Origin: Octopus sinensis
Taxonomy: Eukaryota
Length of the DNA: 64,000 nt
Assembly (NCBI RefSeq): GCF_006345805.1
Contig: NC_043011.1
Coordinates: 52,898,464 to 52,962,463, forward strand
Direction of reading: 5' to 3'
The position numbers and the translations under genes are program-made. The notes under the pieces are model-generated. The model ran no database searches and was not told the origin of the DNA. It saw only the letters and a list, made by a program, of their open reading frames with translations. Positions 12,600-25,289 of the stretch are shown here, one piece after another (position 1 is the stretch's first letter; every line of letters begins with the position of its first letter).

Positions 12600-14100
12600 T
12601 TTGTTATGTACAATACAAGGAATGTTAAATGTATAAATTAGGTTAGAGTTCGTTGAAGAAAGACGTGTGCAGGAAGTGGGGAGACTGTTGGAGAAATTAA
12701 CGAAGAGAGAGGGGTGAATGGAGAGGAAGACAAGTAGAGAGAGATTAATAAAAAGTTGGTGAATGAAGAGAGGGGAAAGGGAAATGCAGACAGATTATTC
12801 ACAAAACAGAGGGAGAATAAAATTAGACTTAGAAAATGAAGGAAAAAAGAGAGACTTCGTGGATGAAAGGAGAAAGAGAACGGAGTAGGTGAAAGGGGAA
12901 AGAATAAGCTGAGTGTAGGTAGAGAGCAAGAACATAGATTGGTGAAAGGAGAGAAAGAATAAAGGTTAGAGTGCGTAAGAGGAGAGAAACAGACAGGCAG
13001 GGAAATGCAAGAGAGGGATATGTAGAGAGAATAAACAAAGAAGGTGAATAAGGAGAGAATAAAGGCAGGGTAGGTGGGGGAAGAGAGAATAAACGAAGAA
13101 AATAGAGAATAGTGTATGTGTGAGTAGAAATAGAGAATGGAGAGAATAACTCGGGGGTGGGTAAACAGAGGAAGAATGTAGAGTGATTAGATCCAAAGTG
13201 TTGGTGGGGGATGTGAATAAAAGTGGAGCCTACAAAGAGATGGAAGACAAACAAATTTGTGTGTGCGTGTAGGAAAGCAGAGAGGAACAGATTAAAGGTA
13301 TAAGACAAAACTGAAGGAAAGAAAGAGAGTAGAGGGAAAGGGGGGGGGGGAATCATCAAGTCTGTGAACTTCGCCAAGTTCTTTCTGAAGAACAGGCATA
13401 AGAAAGTAAGAGGAATGAAGAATCAACGAAAGATAGTGATGAGGCCAGCATCTGTTTTCTTCACTTGTAAAAAGCAGATGAAAAGCAAGGAGGAGGTGAG
13501 GTAATTAAGCACGGTAGAAAACAGAAGTGAGATGAGAGATAAAGAAAGAAAGAGAGAGAGGAAAGGAGGAAGAGTTAGACGAAAGACGGAATGAAACTGT
13601 AATGGAGATGTACAGAGAGAGAGAGAGGGAGGGAGGGAGGGACGGGATGAAAGGAATTAACTACATGTATACAGAAATAGCGAGGAGCAAACATTACTAA
13701 GGATGTTCCTGATAGAATGGTAGAGGAGGAGGATAGTGGTATAGATGGGAGAAATAAAGGTAAAATATGGGGAGAAAGAGAGAGAGAGAGGAAGAGAAAA
13801 GCACTAGAGAAAAGTAGGAGTGAAATCTGCGAATACACGCAGAGAGGAGGAGGAGGAGGGGCGAGAGCAACTATGTATCGTCTGCTAGAATAGCAAGATG
13901 GGAGTAGCAATAGTAAAGGAGGGAGACGAACGATAGAGGAGGAAGGAGAGAGAGAGAGAGAGAGAAAAGGAAAGAGTATGGAAAAAAACTAAGAGCACAG
14001 TGGAAGGGGAATACAAAGAAAGCGTGTAGAAAGCTAGGAGCACAGTGGGAGAAGAGAGGAAGAGTATGAGGAGCGTGGGAAGCTAAAGATCGTCTGCTAC
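12600..14100 (+). repeat. 1.5-kb polypurine (A/G-rich) low-complexity tract with a (GGGA)4 G-quadruplex motif at 13627-13641
   Basis: Direct composition: GA/GGA runs and very few pyrimidines on +. Confidence 0.85.
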
Positions 14101-14229
14101 GGAAACATTGATGTGAACAGATGTAGGAGTCGATACAACAGTTTTTGGAAAGAGGATAATGGTAGCAGACGACACCCGACTGACAGGCTGTAATGGATAA
14201 GTGATGTCTGTAGTGGCCACAGTTACTGA

Positions 14230-14720
14230 TGTATGGGGCTGGACACTGATGACGAACGACACTACCACACACTACAGATGGTCACTGTACGCCGACTGTA
14301 CTATTAGTAACTGATAACCACCGTTTAAATGGCCGTATTAGATACAGATGTCCAATGACTGACTGCGCTATTGGATAAAAGATGATCAGCAACTAAACAC
14401 TGTTTTTGGACACGGATAGCTACCAACTGGGGTTCTGCACTGGACATATAAAAAAAAAAAAAAACATGACCACCAATTGATGATCTATTTGATATAACCA
14501 GTGGTTATATTAGACACGGATGACCAGCGACTGAATACCATTCAAAACAAATGACCGCCGATGTCTGTAGTGAACATGACCACCAAACTGACTGCTATCT
14601 TTGGTGCAGATGACCACGAAATGGGGGACCGCTGATGGCCGTATTGACATGACTGACCACCGACAATGATCAATGACTAATGATGGATGTAGTGGACATA
14701 GAAGATTAGGTACTAAGTTC
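14230..14720. repeat. Cryptic degenerate 33-35 bp tandem array (core about GGACACRGATGACCACCAACTGA)
   Basis: Core motif recurs at about 14241, 14340, 14373, 14408, 14442 and 14512; further ATGACCACC units continue to about 14690. Confidence 0.55.
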
Positions 14721-16719
14721 CATTGATAATGGTGTGGCCGTGGCACCATCAGGGGTCGCAGTGCTCAGATGATAGTTATGGTGTTAGCGGTAGCCGATGC
14801 AGTAAATATTCAGTAACCGCAATATAATGGTGGTAGTAGTTAGTAAAGGATGTTATAGTATTACTGTAGCAACTACAATACTACAAAGACTATATAGTAA
14901 AAGTAGTATTAGGTTAGTAGTTACAGCACTATTACTACCAGTAGTAGTAATAGTAGTAGTGCTGGTGTCGTAGTAACGGCTATACACTAGAGGAGGAGGA
15001 GGAGCAAGTGAACGAGGGTGTCTTTCTGTAATAGTTCAACGTGCTAAAAATAGCAGTCAAATATCACTGAAAACCACACTGTACGGGGTTTTTTTTTTAT
15101 CTTTTAAGAAAGAAAAAAAAACACTGAATGATGAGAGATCTTTCATGGGTTCCCTTGTACATAGGTAAAAGACAGGCTAGTAACGGCTGGACTGGAATGT
15201 GCTTTGATCAAATGTCTGCTCAACCAGGATTTGGCCTGGGGCTAATCGGCAACCATGTAAAAGAATGTCAACATGTCAGTAACGCATCATATATATACAT
15301 ACATATATATATATATACATACATGTGTATATATATATATATTATGCGTATGTTCTGCCCAGTCATATAAATAAACTGATTACATGGTTTCCCTCCAGTT
15401 TCTCTACAACCCCGCCACCACCTTCTACTTATCAAACCGCTAAACCTCTCTCTCAACACCATATTTGGACACTGTGTGAGAGTATACAAGATGTGTGTGT
15501 GTGCGTGTATACAGCCGCATTAGTGTGTCTGCCTCACAATTTGCGTGTTTGCTTAAAAGGCGCTGTAATATGTATGTGTGTGTGTGTGTATGTGTGAGAG
15601 ATATGTGTATGCGTACACACATACATAGATAGTACGTACACACACATGCATTTGAGAGAGAGGGGGGGTTGTTAGATCTTAAGAAGTATAAATTATTCAA
15701 TGCGACAATATTTCTAATAAATTATATTTACAACGAAAAAATAGTTGTTCCCACCATTTTAAAAGTACATAAACAAAATATATTCACATAAAATCTCTTA
15801 GCACCTTTGAAAGATAACTTTTTAAAAATTTTTTTGGGGGGTTTTGGAAATGAAAAATATTTTTTATTTCAATTATTCCAGTAACGTAAGAAAGAAAAGT
15901 TTTGAAGTTAAAAACTTAAAGGCCTACACACACACAGACACACACATTAATTACTTGACATACCTACACAAATGTGCCCCACACATACAACTTTGGTTTC
16001 TTCATAACTTTCAGAAAAATGGGTATTTCTTGATGAAATTTTCTACATATACCTTTCAGGTGGTGTAGATTCCCCATTATATAGGAATTTAACGTGAAAT
16101 ATATTTTAGAGGGGGTAGTTGTGGAATGGGGGGGGGGAACGAGTTTCGGATAATTCATATGAATCGACTTTATTTCCTCATAACTTTCAGAGAAAAAAAA
16201 AAGGGGGGGGGTACTTTTCAATTACCCGTAAATCTAGAAACACTCCACACCTCTATATATTTATGTGTGAAATAAAACTTGAGAGTGGAGCAAAAAAAAA
16301 AACAACAAAAAAAACATACATATGTATTTAGGTTTATGAAGAATTATACATACATACATATATGTAAGTGTAACAGTTGCGTATATATATTAGAGAATGC
16401 ATAGGTATGTATGTGTTTTCTTTACCACCATACACAGCCATACAGATTCATTTACAAGGAGAAGGAATTGATTTCCAGCCCTTCATGCCTATCTCAGAAA
16501 CAATATATGGGTCGCATAGTGTATGAATTATACGTATGAGTAAAGAAAATGACTATATATATATACGAGCGTATATATAATGTTGAGTTATGTATATGTG
16601 TACAGTCGTCTCACCTTGTTATTGCATGTAATATTCGAAATGTAAACTTTGATCACCATGATGACTGGTTTCGGTCCCCGCACCGCTCCTTAGCTATCAA
16701 AGAGAAAATAAATCAACAG

Positions 16720-16909
16720 AGAAGCTTAAATACATATATATATATAACAGGATAAGAATGAGAGTGTGAGGATATGTGTGTGAGTGTGTGTGTATGTGTG
16801 CGAAAATACACATGTAACAGGAAAGAATGTGTATGCGTCTATGTATATGCGCATCCATGTGTGTATGGTTACAATGTATAGGTATGTGTATATGTGCGTG
16901 TATATATGT

Positions 16910-16962
<53 letters not shown>

Positions 16963-16985
16963 CACATACTTATATGCATGTAGGT

Positions 16986-17038
<53 letters not shown>

Positions 17039-17180
17039 TATATCCATGTAGGTACACACACACACATATACATATATATATATACCTTTATATTAATGTT
17101 GAAAAAATATTTTATTAGAAACAAGAGCGTAAATAGTTAAAACATACATACATACATATACACACGTGTGTATACACGTC
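16720..17180. repeat. Compound (TA)n/(TG)n/(CA)n microsatellite
   Basis: Seen directly. Confidence 0.95.
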
Positions 17181-18152
17181 AATGTCTGCCTGTGTTTGGC
17201 AAACGGACAAATGCCAAAAGGGGTGAACCTTTGACATTTCAGACCACAACACAGAGATAGGGGCGAGGCGTAGGGGCGGTTTAATGCGAAGAAAAGTCAA
17301 GAAAGATACAAGCCGAGGAGGCATTTAGTGTCCTTTTTTTTTTTTTTTACAGTATCAACAGGCATGAGGCAATCTTACGGCATTTTAAGATATACGAGAT
17401 AAATAAACCGATAGATATATACGGGTTCATAGACCGAAAGGTAAGACAGACACGACATTACATAAATTTAGATAATACAGGTAAATATAACAGACGTATA
17501 CATACATGCACGCACGCACATATATATATAAAGACAGGGTGACTGGTAGTCTGTATGTCAATTTCTGCATGTAATACATTATTACAGTTGATGATTAAAA
17601 TTTAATTAGTCTTAATTATTTTAAGATTTTCCTTTCACCCATTTTCTGAGTATTTGAAGATATATTGTGTCTGTGGTTTTATCGTACTACGCAACTTGGA
17701 AATGGTAGAGGCCCCTGTACACAAACACGCGCATATACATACATATATATATATATGTGTAGACTTAGACATTTTCACTTATTTTTTAGACGCTTTTCCC
17801 ATTTATCACCATTTTTTTTTTTTTTACTTTTCTTATATGTATACATGTTCTTGAAAAAAAAATGTTTTCCCTTTCTCTTCAAGTGTCTATCTACATTCTC
17901 AAGACATATTTAAGGGTACAAAAAATTTTTTTTAATGAAAACTATATATATATATATACCTATACATACACATATATATATAGTGTAATAAATAAAATAT
18001 ATGCATACATACATACATACATATATGTACGTGTATATATATATATATATATATATAATCATTTATTTGTGAGAATGGAATACTGTCAGTAGAGCCGAAC
18101 TGACAAATTTTGTTACTAATTAATTTAGCTTGTTTTAAATATAATATAATAT

Positions 18153-18199
<47 letters not shown>

Positions 18200-18590
18200 G
18201 AATGAAGATAATGAATTTTGCATTTTTTATCATGTTTTTCTTTCCATTTTCGATGCTAACATACAAAACAACCATAAAAATTTTTTGCCCCCTTCTCCAA
18301 AGTAAACTTTTACTTGAAAATCTCATCTCGGGGTTTGTTTTCTTTCATTTAAATAAGTATTTTCTATCTTGGTTAATAACATTACATTTCTTTTTTCCAA
18401 GTCTGATGCATATTTTTCGTCTTTTCTCTCGCATTCTCTAACCGTTTGCCTGTCTCTCTCTCTCTCTGGCCACCCGTTTTAAAAGACTCACCTTGAAAAA
18501 AATGCTCCTCCGTCCGCCACTACCCCGGTATTGACATTAAACTGTTGTAATAATCAACAAGGTGGTGGAGTGGTGAAGTGAATGTGAGCA

Positions 18591-18679
18591 TGACGTCACT
18601 GACATTTGTGCGTATGTTTCGGTGACGTCTACACATCTTGCCGTCCCCGGTTGCTCGTTGCTGGGGGTGAATATATAAA
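18591..18679 (+). promoter_or_regulatory. Candidate Pol II promoter: perfect CRE (TGACGTCA 18591-18598), near-CRE (TGACGTCT 18623-18630), TATA-like TATATAAA (18672-18679)
   Basis: Motif order and spacing within a CpG-retaining, SINE-poor region, about 280 bp upstream of a consensus splice donor. Confidence 0.5.
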
Positions 18680-18699
18680 CAACAAAATAACCAAACTGT

Positions 18700-18961
18700 T
18701 TGTTGTTGTTGCTGCTGCTACTACTGCTGCTGCCACTGCTGTAGTGTTTGTTGCTACTTCTGTTGTTTATTGCTGTTTTTGTTGCTGTGGTTATATTTCT
18801 TTACCTGAGTGCAACTTATCCTCCTCCACAACATCATCATCATTACATTTCAATTGACTATACAAGCATGTACAGTGTCCAAGGTTGTCGTTGGTTAGTT
18901 CCAGATCGGTTCTGATCGGCTTTAGCCATTCATGTGAGTCCAAATTTTGACTGTGGACAAG
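18700..18961 (+). other. Candidate non-coding first exon (5' UTR); start is approximate
   Basis: Ends at consensus donor AAG|GTAAGT (intron starts 18962); (GTT)/(GCT)-rich; no long ORF. Confidence 0.45.
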
Positions 18962-19511
18962 GTAAGTCCTGACGTTTGTGTTATCAACTGTTAATTAACT
19001 GTAAAACTATAATTAAGTTTCTTATCGTTTGGGATTACTGGGGACTTGACTTTAACAGGGGGGTGTAATATCACTGCTTCTGGAGGACAGGGTGTTGTCA
19101 GCAACACCAATGGGATGTGCCGTTGTGCCGTGAAGTTGTTAAAAGTGACGACACCACGACATTTGGAACAGTAATAAAATAAGTGATTTTGTAAAAGTTT
19201 GAAAAGATAATTAACTGGGGCTGCCCCAGGGTTAAGATATGTAACTTGGGGTGTTTTTAGTTTAAAATTTATTAACATGTGACTCTGCCTTAGTTTTAAC
19301 TTGTGTATGATTGCTACAATTTAATTTTGTCACCTCACAGGTGACAGAATTATATTTGTAGGGGCTACAGGTTGGTTGTATCATAAATTAAGAGGTATTG
19401 CCTTGCGACACAATTTTCCTTTAATTTGTTGATAGATACTGTTGTTCGTAAAGTTATTTTTCATTTCTTTTCTAATTTCAATTTACGTCAAGATCCATCG
19501 GCCCTTTCGCT

Positions 19512-19790
19512 CGAACTTGGGATCAATAATCAAAAATACGTAGCAGTAATATACTGAGGTACTATTCAATCGAATACGTCCCTTTGGCAATCAAAAGACA
19601 CCACACTTTGTTAACAGGAGTCGGTATTAAATAATGATAATAATTATCTACGAACTCCGGATCAATAATCAAAAATACGTAGCAGTAATATACTGGGGTA
19701 CCATTCAATCGAATACGTCCCTTTGGCAATCAAAAGACACCACACTTTGTTAACAGGAGTCGGTATTAAATAATGATAATAATTATCTAC
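19512..19790. repeat. Two-copy tandem duplication, 139-bp unit
   Basis: 19512-19650 and 19651-19789 differ at only about 4 positions. Confidence 0.95.
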
Positions 19791-20429
19791 ATTAGCACAA
19801 GGTTATTAATGTACGGGGGCGGGTGGGAGTGAATTGGAACAGTCGCAGTGTATTACTGGTACTTATTTTATGTGTCATGGAGTGATAAAAGAAATAAAAG
19901 GTTTGATGTTGTTATGAAGGCCAAACTTTTTAGGCTATAAATCAAATGCCATGTCTTAGTGGAGGTAAATATGTTCCAATTTCATATTTCTTCCACCTTA
20001 AAATTGTCAAGTTTCGTGTCTTTATAAGAGATGAATTATTGAACGCTAAATTCCTGGGATGTTGAAACAGTGGACCATTTTCACTTCACAGGTGATTCGA
20101 ATTAAGTTTTTTCCACTTACTCTACTTAATGCCCCAGGGTAACAAAAAAAAAACACGACCATTACAACATTCCAAGAAAGACAACAAATTACATGGTCGT
20201 TACTCCCGATCTCCTCTCACTCTTATCATGAAAGACCCTAAGTTCGTGGATGTCACCCAGTTTACTCTTCAGTTTCATCAATCAAGGAGGACTACAAATT
20301 ATACATGGGTGTTACCCCGTGACTTCTATTTTACGAGCATGGGAGGGCGACGACCTTTTCTGATTACTTAATTAAAATAAACTAGATTTATTATCTTTCA
20401 GTAATCGCTTTTATTATTTTATTGGTTTA

Positions 20430-20655
20430 GTTTAGACAACGGGATGGCAGAATCATTAGCACACTGGCAAAATACTTGGCAATAGTTCATCCATCTTCGA
20501 GTTCTAAGTTCAAATGCCACCAAGGTTGACTTTGCCTTTCATCCTTTCGGGGTCGATAAATTAAGTACCTGTAAAACAGTGGGGTCGATGTAATCAACTT
20601 ATCCCCTCCCCACAGGATTTCAGGCCTTGTGCCTATAGTAGAATGGATTATTTTA
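20430..20655 (+). mobile_element. SINE family C
   Basis: Core GACTTTGCCTTTCATCCTTTCGGGGTCGATAAATTAAGTACC. Confidence 0.85.
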
Positions 20656-21044
20656 TTGGTTTAGTCATAAGACTGCGGACATACTGCAGCAAAGACATCA
20701 GGGAATTTTGTAGATCCAATCAATGACTCCGATATTGATTTCAGTCTTGTACTTATTTTGAAATGCTAAGTTCATCATCATCAGTTTAACATCCACTTTT
20801 CCATGATTGCATGGGTCATATAGAATTTGTTGAGGTGGAATTTTACAACCAGATGACCTTCCTCTCACCAACCCTCACCTGTTTCCATGTAAGGTAGTAT
20901 TCCCCATGACCAGACATGTCTTTCATGAAAGATTGGAAACAAAGGATATCGCTTGCATGATGGTGACATTTGTTTACAACTGTTACAGGAAATCAAACTA
21001 TGGAGGCACACTCACATACATACACACATACATGCATACATATA

Positions 21045-21075
<31 letters not shown>

Positions 21076-21080
<5 letters not shown>

Positions 21081-21175
21081 ATCCAAACATGAAAACACAA
21101 AGAGAAAACACAACAACACGAGGACGTAGAACAAGTATAGTGTTATTGGACGTTCAGGAAAGGAAAGAAAGAAGG
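21076..21175 (-). mobile_element. Fragment of the Penelope-like terminal repeat family seen at 58682-58878 (lacks the ribozyme part)
   Basis: Reverse complement of about 58790-58878. Confidence 0.7.
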
Positions 21176-21540
21176 AAGATATATATATACACAACAGGCT
21201 TCTTTCAGTTTCCATCTACCAAATCCACTCACAAAGCTTTGGTCTGTCTGGGGCTAATATAGAAGAAGTACTTTGGGCAAATGTCTTCTACTAAAGCTTG
21301 AACCTACATGGTCTTGGGTTCAGTCCCTCAGCATGGTACCCAAGATCATGTGGTTGGGAATCATAAAGCCACGCCTGTCCCTATTGGACATAAAGACACA
21401 AAACATAAACAATATCTGCTTTTAGTTTTATGTAAACATAAACACAGGTGCATGTGAGTGTACACACATACATTCATATGCATACACACTTACTATGTCT
21501 GCCAAATTCCACTTAGAAAGTATTGATCAACCTAAGATTA

Positions 21541-21747
21541 CTGTGGCCGTTCGCCAGCCTCGTCTGGCACGTAAAAAGCATCCACTACACTCACGGAGTG
21601 GTTGGCGTTAGGAAGGGCATCCAGCTGTAGAAACACTGCCAGATCCGACTGGGCCTGGTGCAGCCTTCGGGCTTCCCAGACCCTGGTCGAACCGTCCAAC
21701 CCATGCTAGCATGGAAAGCGGATGTTAAACGATGATGATGATGATGA
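21541..21747 (+). mobile_element. RTE 3'-end repeat, family R
   Basis: Family match; (GAT)n tail. Confidence 0.85.
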
Positions 21748-22484
21748 CACTACCCAAGTTGATGTGCATTGAAATTCATCTTGGAACCATGTGGCTGCAA
21801 AGCAGACTTATTAACAACAGAGCTATATCTGCACCTTGGCGATACTGCTTTTCTTAAGATCCTGCTGTCGTTAACAATTGGAAAATCTAAATTTTGTGAC
21901 CTGAACATGCGAATGTTAATTATTCAAGTGCCATCCAATCAAAATTCTCCTTGACATTAAATATTTGGCTGATGGTCAAGAATGTGTTCCGAATCTGTCA
22001 AAAGCGTTTCATTATTTACCAAAGTAGTTTACATTCTCATAAATAAAAAGACCATTACACAATTACACATACGTATTCATACATGCATAATAAATCTATT
22101 GGAGTGTATGTGTGTGTATATATATATATATATATAATATACATACAGATACAGGTTTGTTCTCAAAGTCTATATATGTGCAAGCAAAAGCAAGTTTATC
22201 TGTATGCACATATATATATATATGTGATATATATGTATATGTATTTACACTTTGTGTGTGTATATACTTACACTTATGCGTGTGCATGCGTATCGAGATA
22301 AATTAGTAATATATTTATCTCACGCCTTCATACAATACTCAGTCGGTGAGCTTATGTGATTAAAAGTGTTTGTTATTGCGTGGATTTATTGACCTATTTG
22401 ATCAGAAAGACTTGTATCTGTCCACGATACCTGGAGTAAATGAGACAATGTGATTTTTGTTTCTCACATAGGTACAAAGCCTGA

Positions 22485-22874
22485 GTGGAGGCGCAATGGC
22501 CCAGTGGTTAGGGCAGCGGACTCGCGGTCATAGGATCGCGGTTTCGATTCCCAGACCGGGCGTTGTGAGTGTTTATTGAACGAAAACGCCTAAAGCTCCA
22601 CGAGGTTCCGGCAGGGGATGGTGGTGATCCCTGCTGTACTCTTTCACCACAACTTTCTCTCACTCTTTCTTCCTGTTTCTGTTGTACCTGTATTTCAAAG
22701 GGACCGGCCTTGTCACTCTAGAGAGTCACGCTGAATATCCCCGAGAACTACGTTAAGGGTACACGTGTCGGTGGAGTGCTCAGCCACTTACACGTTAATT
22801 TCACGAGCAGGCTGTTCCGTTGATTCGGATCAACCGGAACCCTCGTCGTCGTAACTGACAGAGTGCTTCTATCC
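22485..22874 (+). mobile_element. tRNA-derived SINE family B, tail type 1
   Basis: Head TGGCCCAGTGGTTAGGG...GGTTTCGATTCC; 11-bp TSD ACAAAGCCTGA (22474-22484 / 22875-22885). Confidence 0.92.
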
Positions 22875-23162
22875 ACAAAGCCTGAAGTTTGGGGGAGGGG
22901 GTTAGTCAGTCACAATGATATCAGTATTTCACTGGTACTTCATTTCATCAACCTGAAAGGATGAAAAGCAGAGTCAACTTCGGTGAAATTTGAGCTTGGC
23001 ATGTCATCAGCATCATCGGTGTCGTCATTGTCGTCGGCTTTATCCCATATCTGAAAATTTAGTTTCTTTGCTGAAAGCTTCCTTTATTGTGACAGCATTG
23101 ATGGCTATATAGATCAATTCTTGCATAGAAGAGTCGATGGCATTGACTGCATGGTAATGAAG

Positions 23163-23350
23163 CTATCATCGTCATCATCATTTAATGTCCGTTTTCCATG
23201 CTTGCATGGGTTGGAGGGTTTGACCAGGAGGCTGCACCAGGCTCCAGTCTGATCTGGGAATGTTTCTACAGCTGGATACCCTTCCGAACGCCAACCACTC
23301 CAAGAGTGTAGTGTGTGTTTTTATGTGCCACCAGCACAGAGGCCAGTCAG
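23163..23350 (-). mobile_element. RTE 3'-end repeat, family R
   Basis: Reverse-strand family match with (CAT)n. Confidence 0.8.
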
Positions 23351-23388
23351 GCAGCACTGGCATCGACCACTTGCCTTGATCAGAAATA

Positions 23389-23627
23389 AGGCGGCAAGCT
23401 GGCAGAAACGTTAGCATGCCGGACGAAATGCTTAGCAGTATTTCGGCTGCCACTACGTTCTGAGTTCAAATTCCGCCGAGGTCAACTTTGTTTTTCATCC
23501 TTTCAGGGTCAATAAATTAAGTACCAGTTAGGCACTGGGGTCAATGTAATCGACTTCATATCTTTGTCTGTCCTTGTTTGTCCCCTCTATGTTTAGCCCC
23601 TTGTGGGCAATAAAGAAATAAGAAATA
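23389..23627 (+). mobile_element. SINE family C, full length
   Basis: Family match to 34170-34403. Confidence 0.88.
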
Positions 23628-23875
23628 TGGCTTTAGCTAACTTGAAATCATGACTACCAATCCATGTAGTCCAATAATGAATTCACACAGCTACTGTACA
23701 ATTCACATAAAATAATGTACTCATAGATACACAATGCAAATACAAAAGACTGGATGAATATGGTTGGAACATCTATGGATCATAGATGGGTTACTAGGCC
23801 AGGACTAACTTAGATCTAAACAGCAGCAACAAGGATTCATTCACTTCTTAGTATAATGATTTCCTTCTTTGTTGA

Positions 23876-24575
23876 ACCCTTTGGCATTTAAACTGGCCGT
23901 TTCTGGCCCAATTATTCTACCTGTTTTATTTTATGCTCCAAACAGCTAGATCTGGCTTGTCACACCTACCCTACAACGTCATTCTAAAATAAGTCACATC
24001 GAAATTGAAATCAAATTCGATGACTGGCATCCGTGCTAGTGGAACACTAAGAGTACCATACGAGCGTGATTATTGCCAGCAACAAGCTGGCCACCGTGCC
24101 GATGGCACGTAAAAAGCACCAATCGAGTGTGATTGTTACCTACGTCGCCTTACTGGCACTTGTGCTGGTGGCACGTGAAAAAACATTCGAATGAGGTCGT
24201 TGCCAGTGCCGCTGGACTGGCTCCTCTGCAGGCGGCATATAAAAAGCACCATTTTAGCGTGGCTGCTGCCAGTACCGCCTGACTGGCCCTCGTGCCGGTG
24301 GCATGTAAAAGCACCCACTACACTCTCGGAGTGGTTGGCCTTAGGAAGGGCATCCAGCCATAGAAACTCTGACAGATCAGATTGGAGTCTGGTGCAGCCA
24401 TCTGGTTCGCCAGACCTCAGTCAAATCGTCCAACCCATGCTAGCATGGAAAGCAGACATTAAACGATGATGATGATGATTACAATTTCAAAGCTACGAGA
24501 TACTGCATGAATAATTCAAGACAGAGTGAATAAGTAAACATTACATTTGACTGAGTAATCTGAAGGCTTACAGGT
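23876..24575 (+). mobile_element. MITE family P2 interrupted by a family R repeat (about 24015-24480)
   Basis: The two halves (about 23876-24010 and 24481-24575) align with 49525-49746. Confidence 0.7.
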
Positions 24576-24799
24576 TACAATCCAGATTGTGCAGAAGTAC
24601 TGATACAGTGGAGGCACATGGGTTAGTGGTTAGAGTGCTGGACTCCTGATCACAAGATTGTGGTTTTGATTCTTGGGCCGGGTGATGGTTTGTGCTCTTG
24701 AGCAATACACTTCATTTTACGATGCTCCAATCCACCCAACTAGCAAGCATAGGTATTTACACAGAATTGATTATGGAAAACAACAGTTTACAAAAGGAA

Positions 24800-25255
24800 T
24801 GAAGTGAGATATACAAATAGGAAGGGGCAGCCACTTTGGGCCAATCAAGAAACCCCAACAGATCCAAGATTGTTCCTGGCTATTGAGAGGAAGTGCCCTC
24901 TTCTGACTACATTCTCAAGCCTACAAGCAAATGCTGAGAGTTGGTCCTTTCTCTTCATTCTCCCATTTTCCAGCAAATTTTTTGTAGAGCAGCACCTTTC
25001 CCACTATCCTCACATTCCTCTTGAAGAAATTCAGTTGAGAGTTTGGCCAGGAAAAAATATCTGTCAGCAATCCTTTCAGTCTTGTCCACTAAATCATCTC
25101 TCTCACCATAGCCATCAGATAAGAGTTCAGAACTGGCTGCCCTGAGGATGGCTACAAATAAGTTGTGATGTTCAACCTTACTGAAAGTTTTTGGTTGATC
25201 CCGTTTCATCAAAATCCCATCAAATTCAGATTTGTTACCCACACTCTCTATACTA
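24800..25255 (-). mobile_element. L1/Tx1-like LINE reverse transcriptase relic
   Basis: DGILMKRDQPKTFSKVEHHNLFVAILRAA resembles the Tx1-type RT motif LDQSKAFDRVDH..L..VLRAA; frameshifted. Confidence 0.65.
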
Positions 25256-25289
25256 TTCTATATTTTTGAGATGAGAATATGACAAAAAC

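Noticed and set aside
12829-14272. Hydrophobic minus-strand ORFs up to 182 aa
   Set aside because: By-products of the polypyrimidine strand (Leu/Phe/Ser/Pro-rich), low complexity.
22485-22560. tRNA genes at SINE heads (also 38044, 46417, 2251)
   Set aside because: Acceptor stems are not intact; each head continues into a SINE body, and several are bounded by TSDs.
24955-25242. 95-aa protein-like ORF as a host exon
   Set aside because: Better explained as a Tx1-like RT relic; no splice signals.
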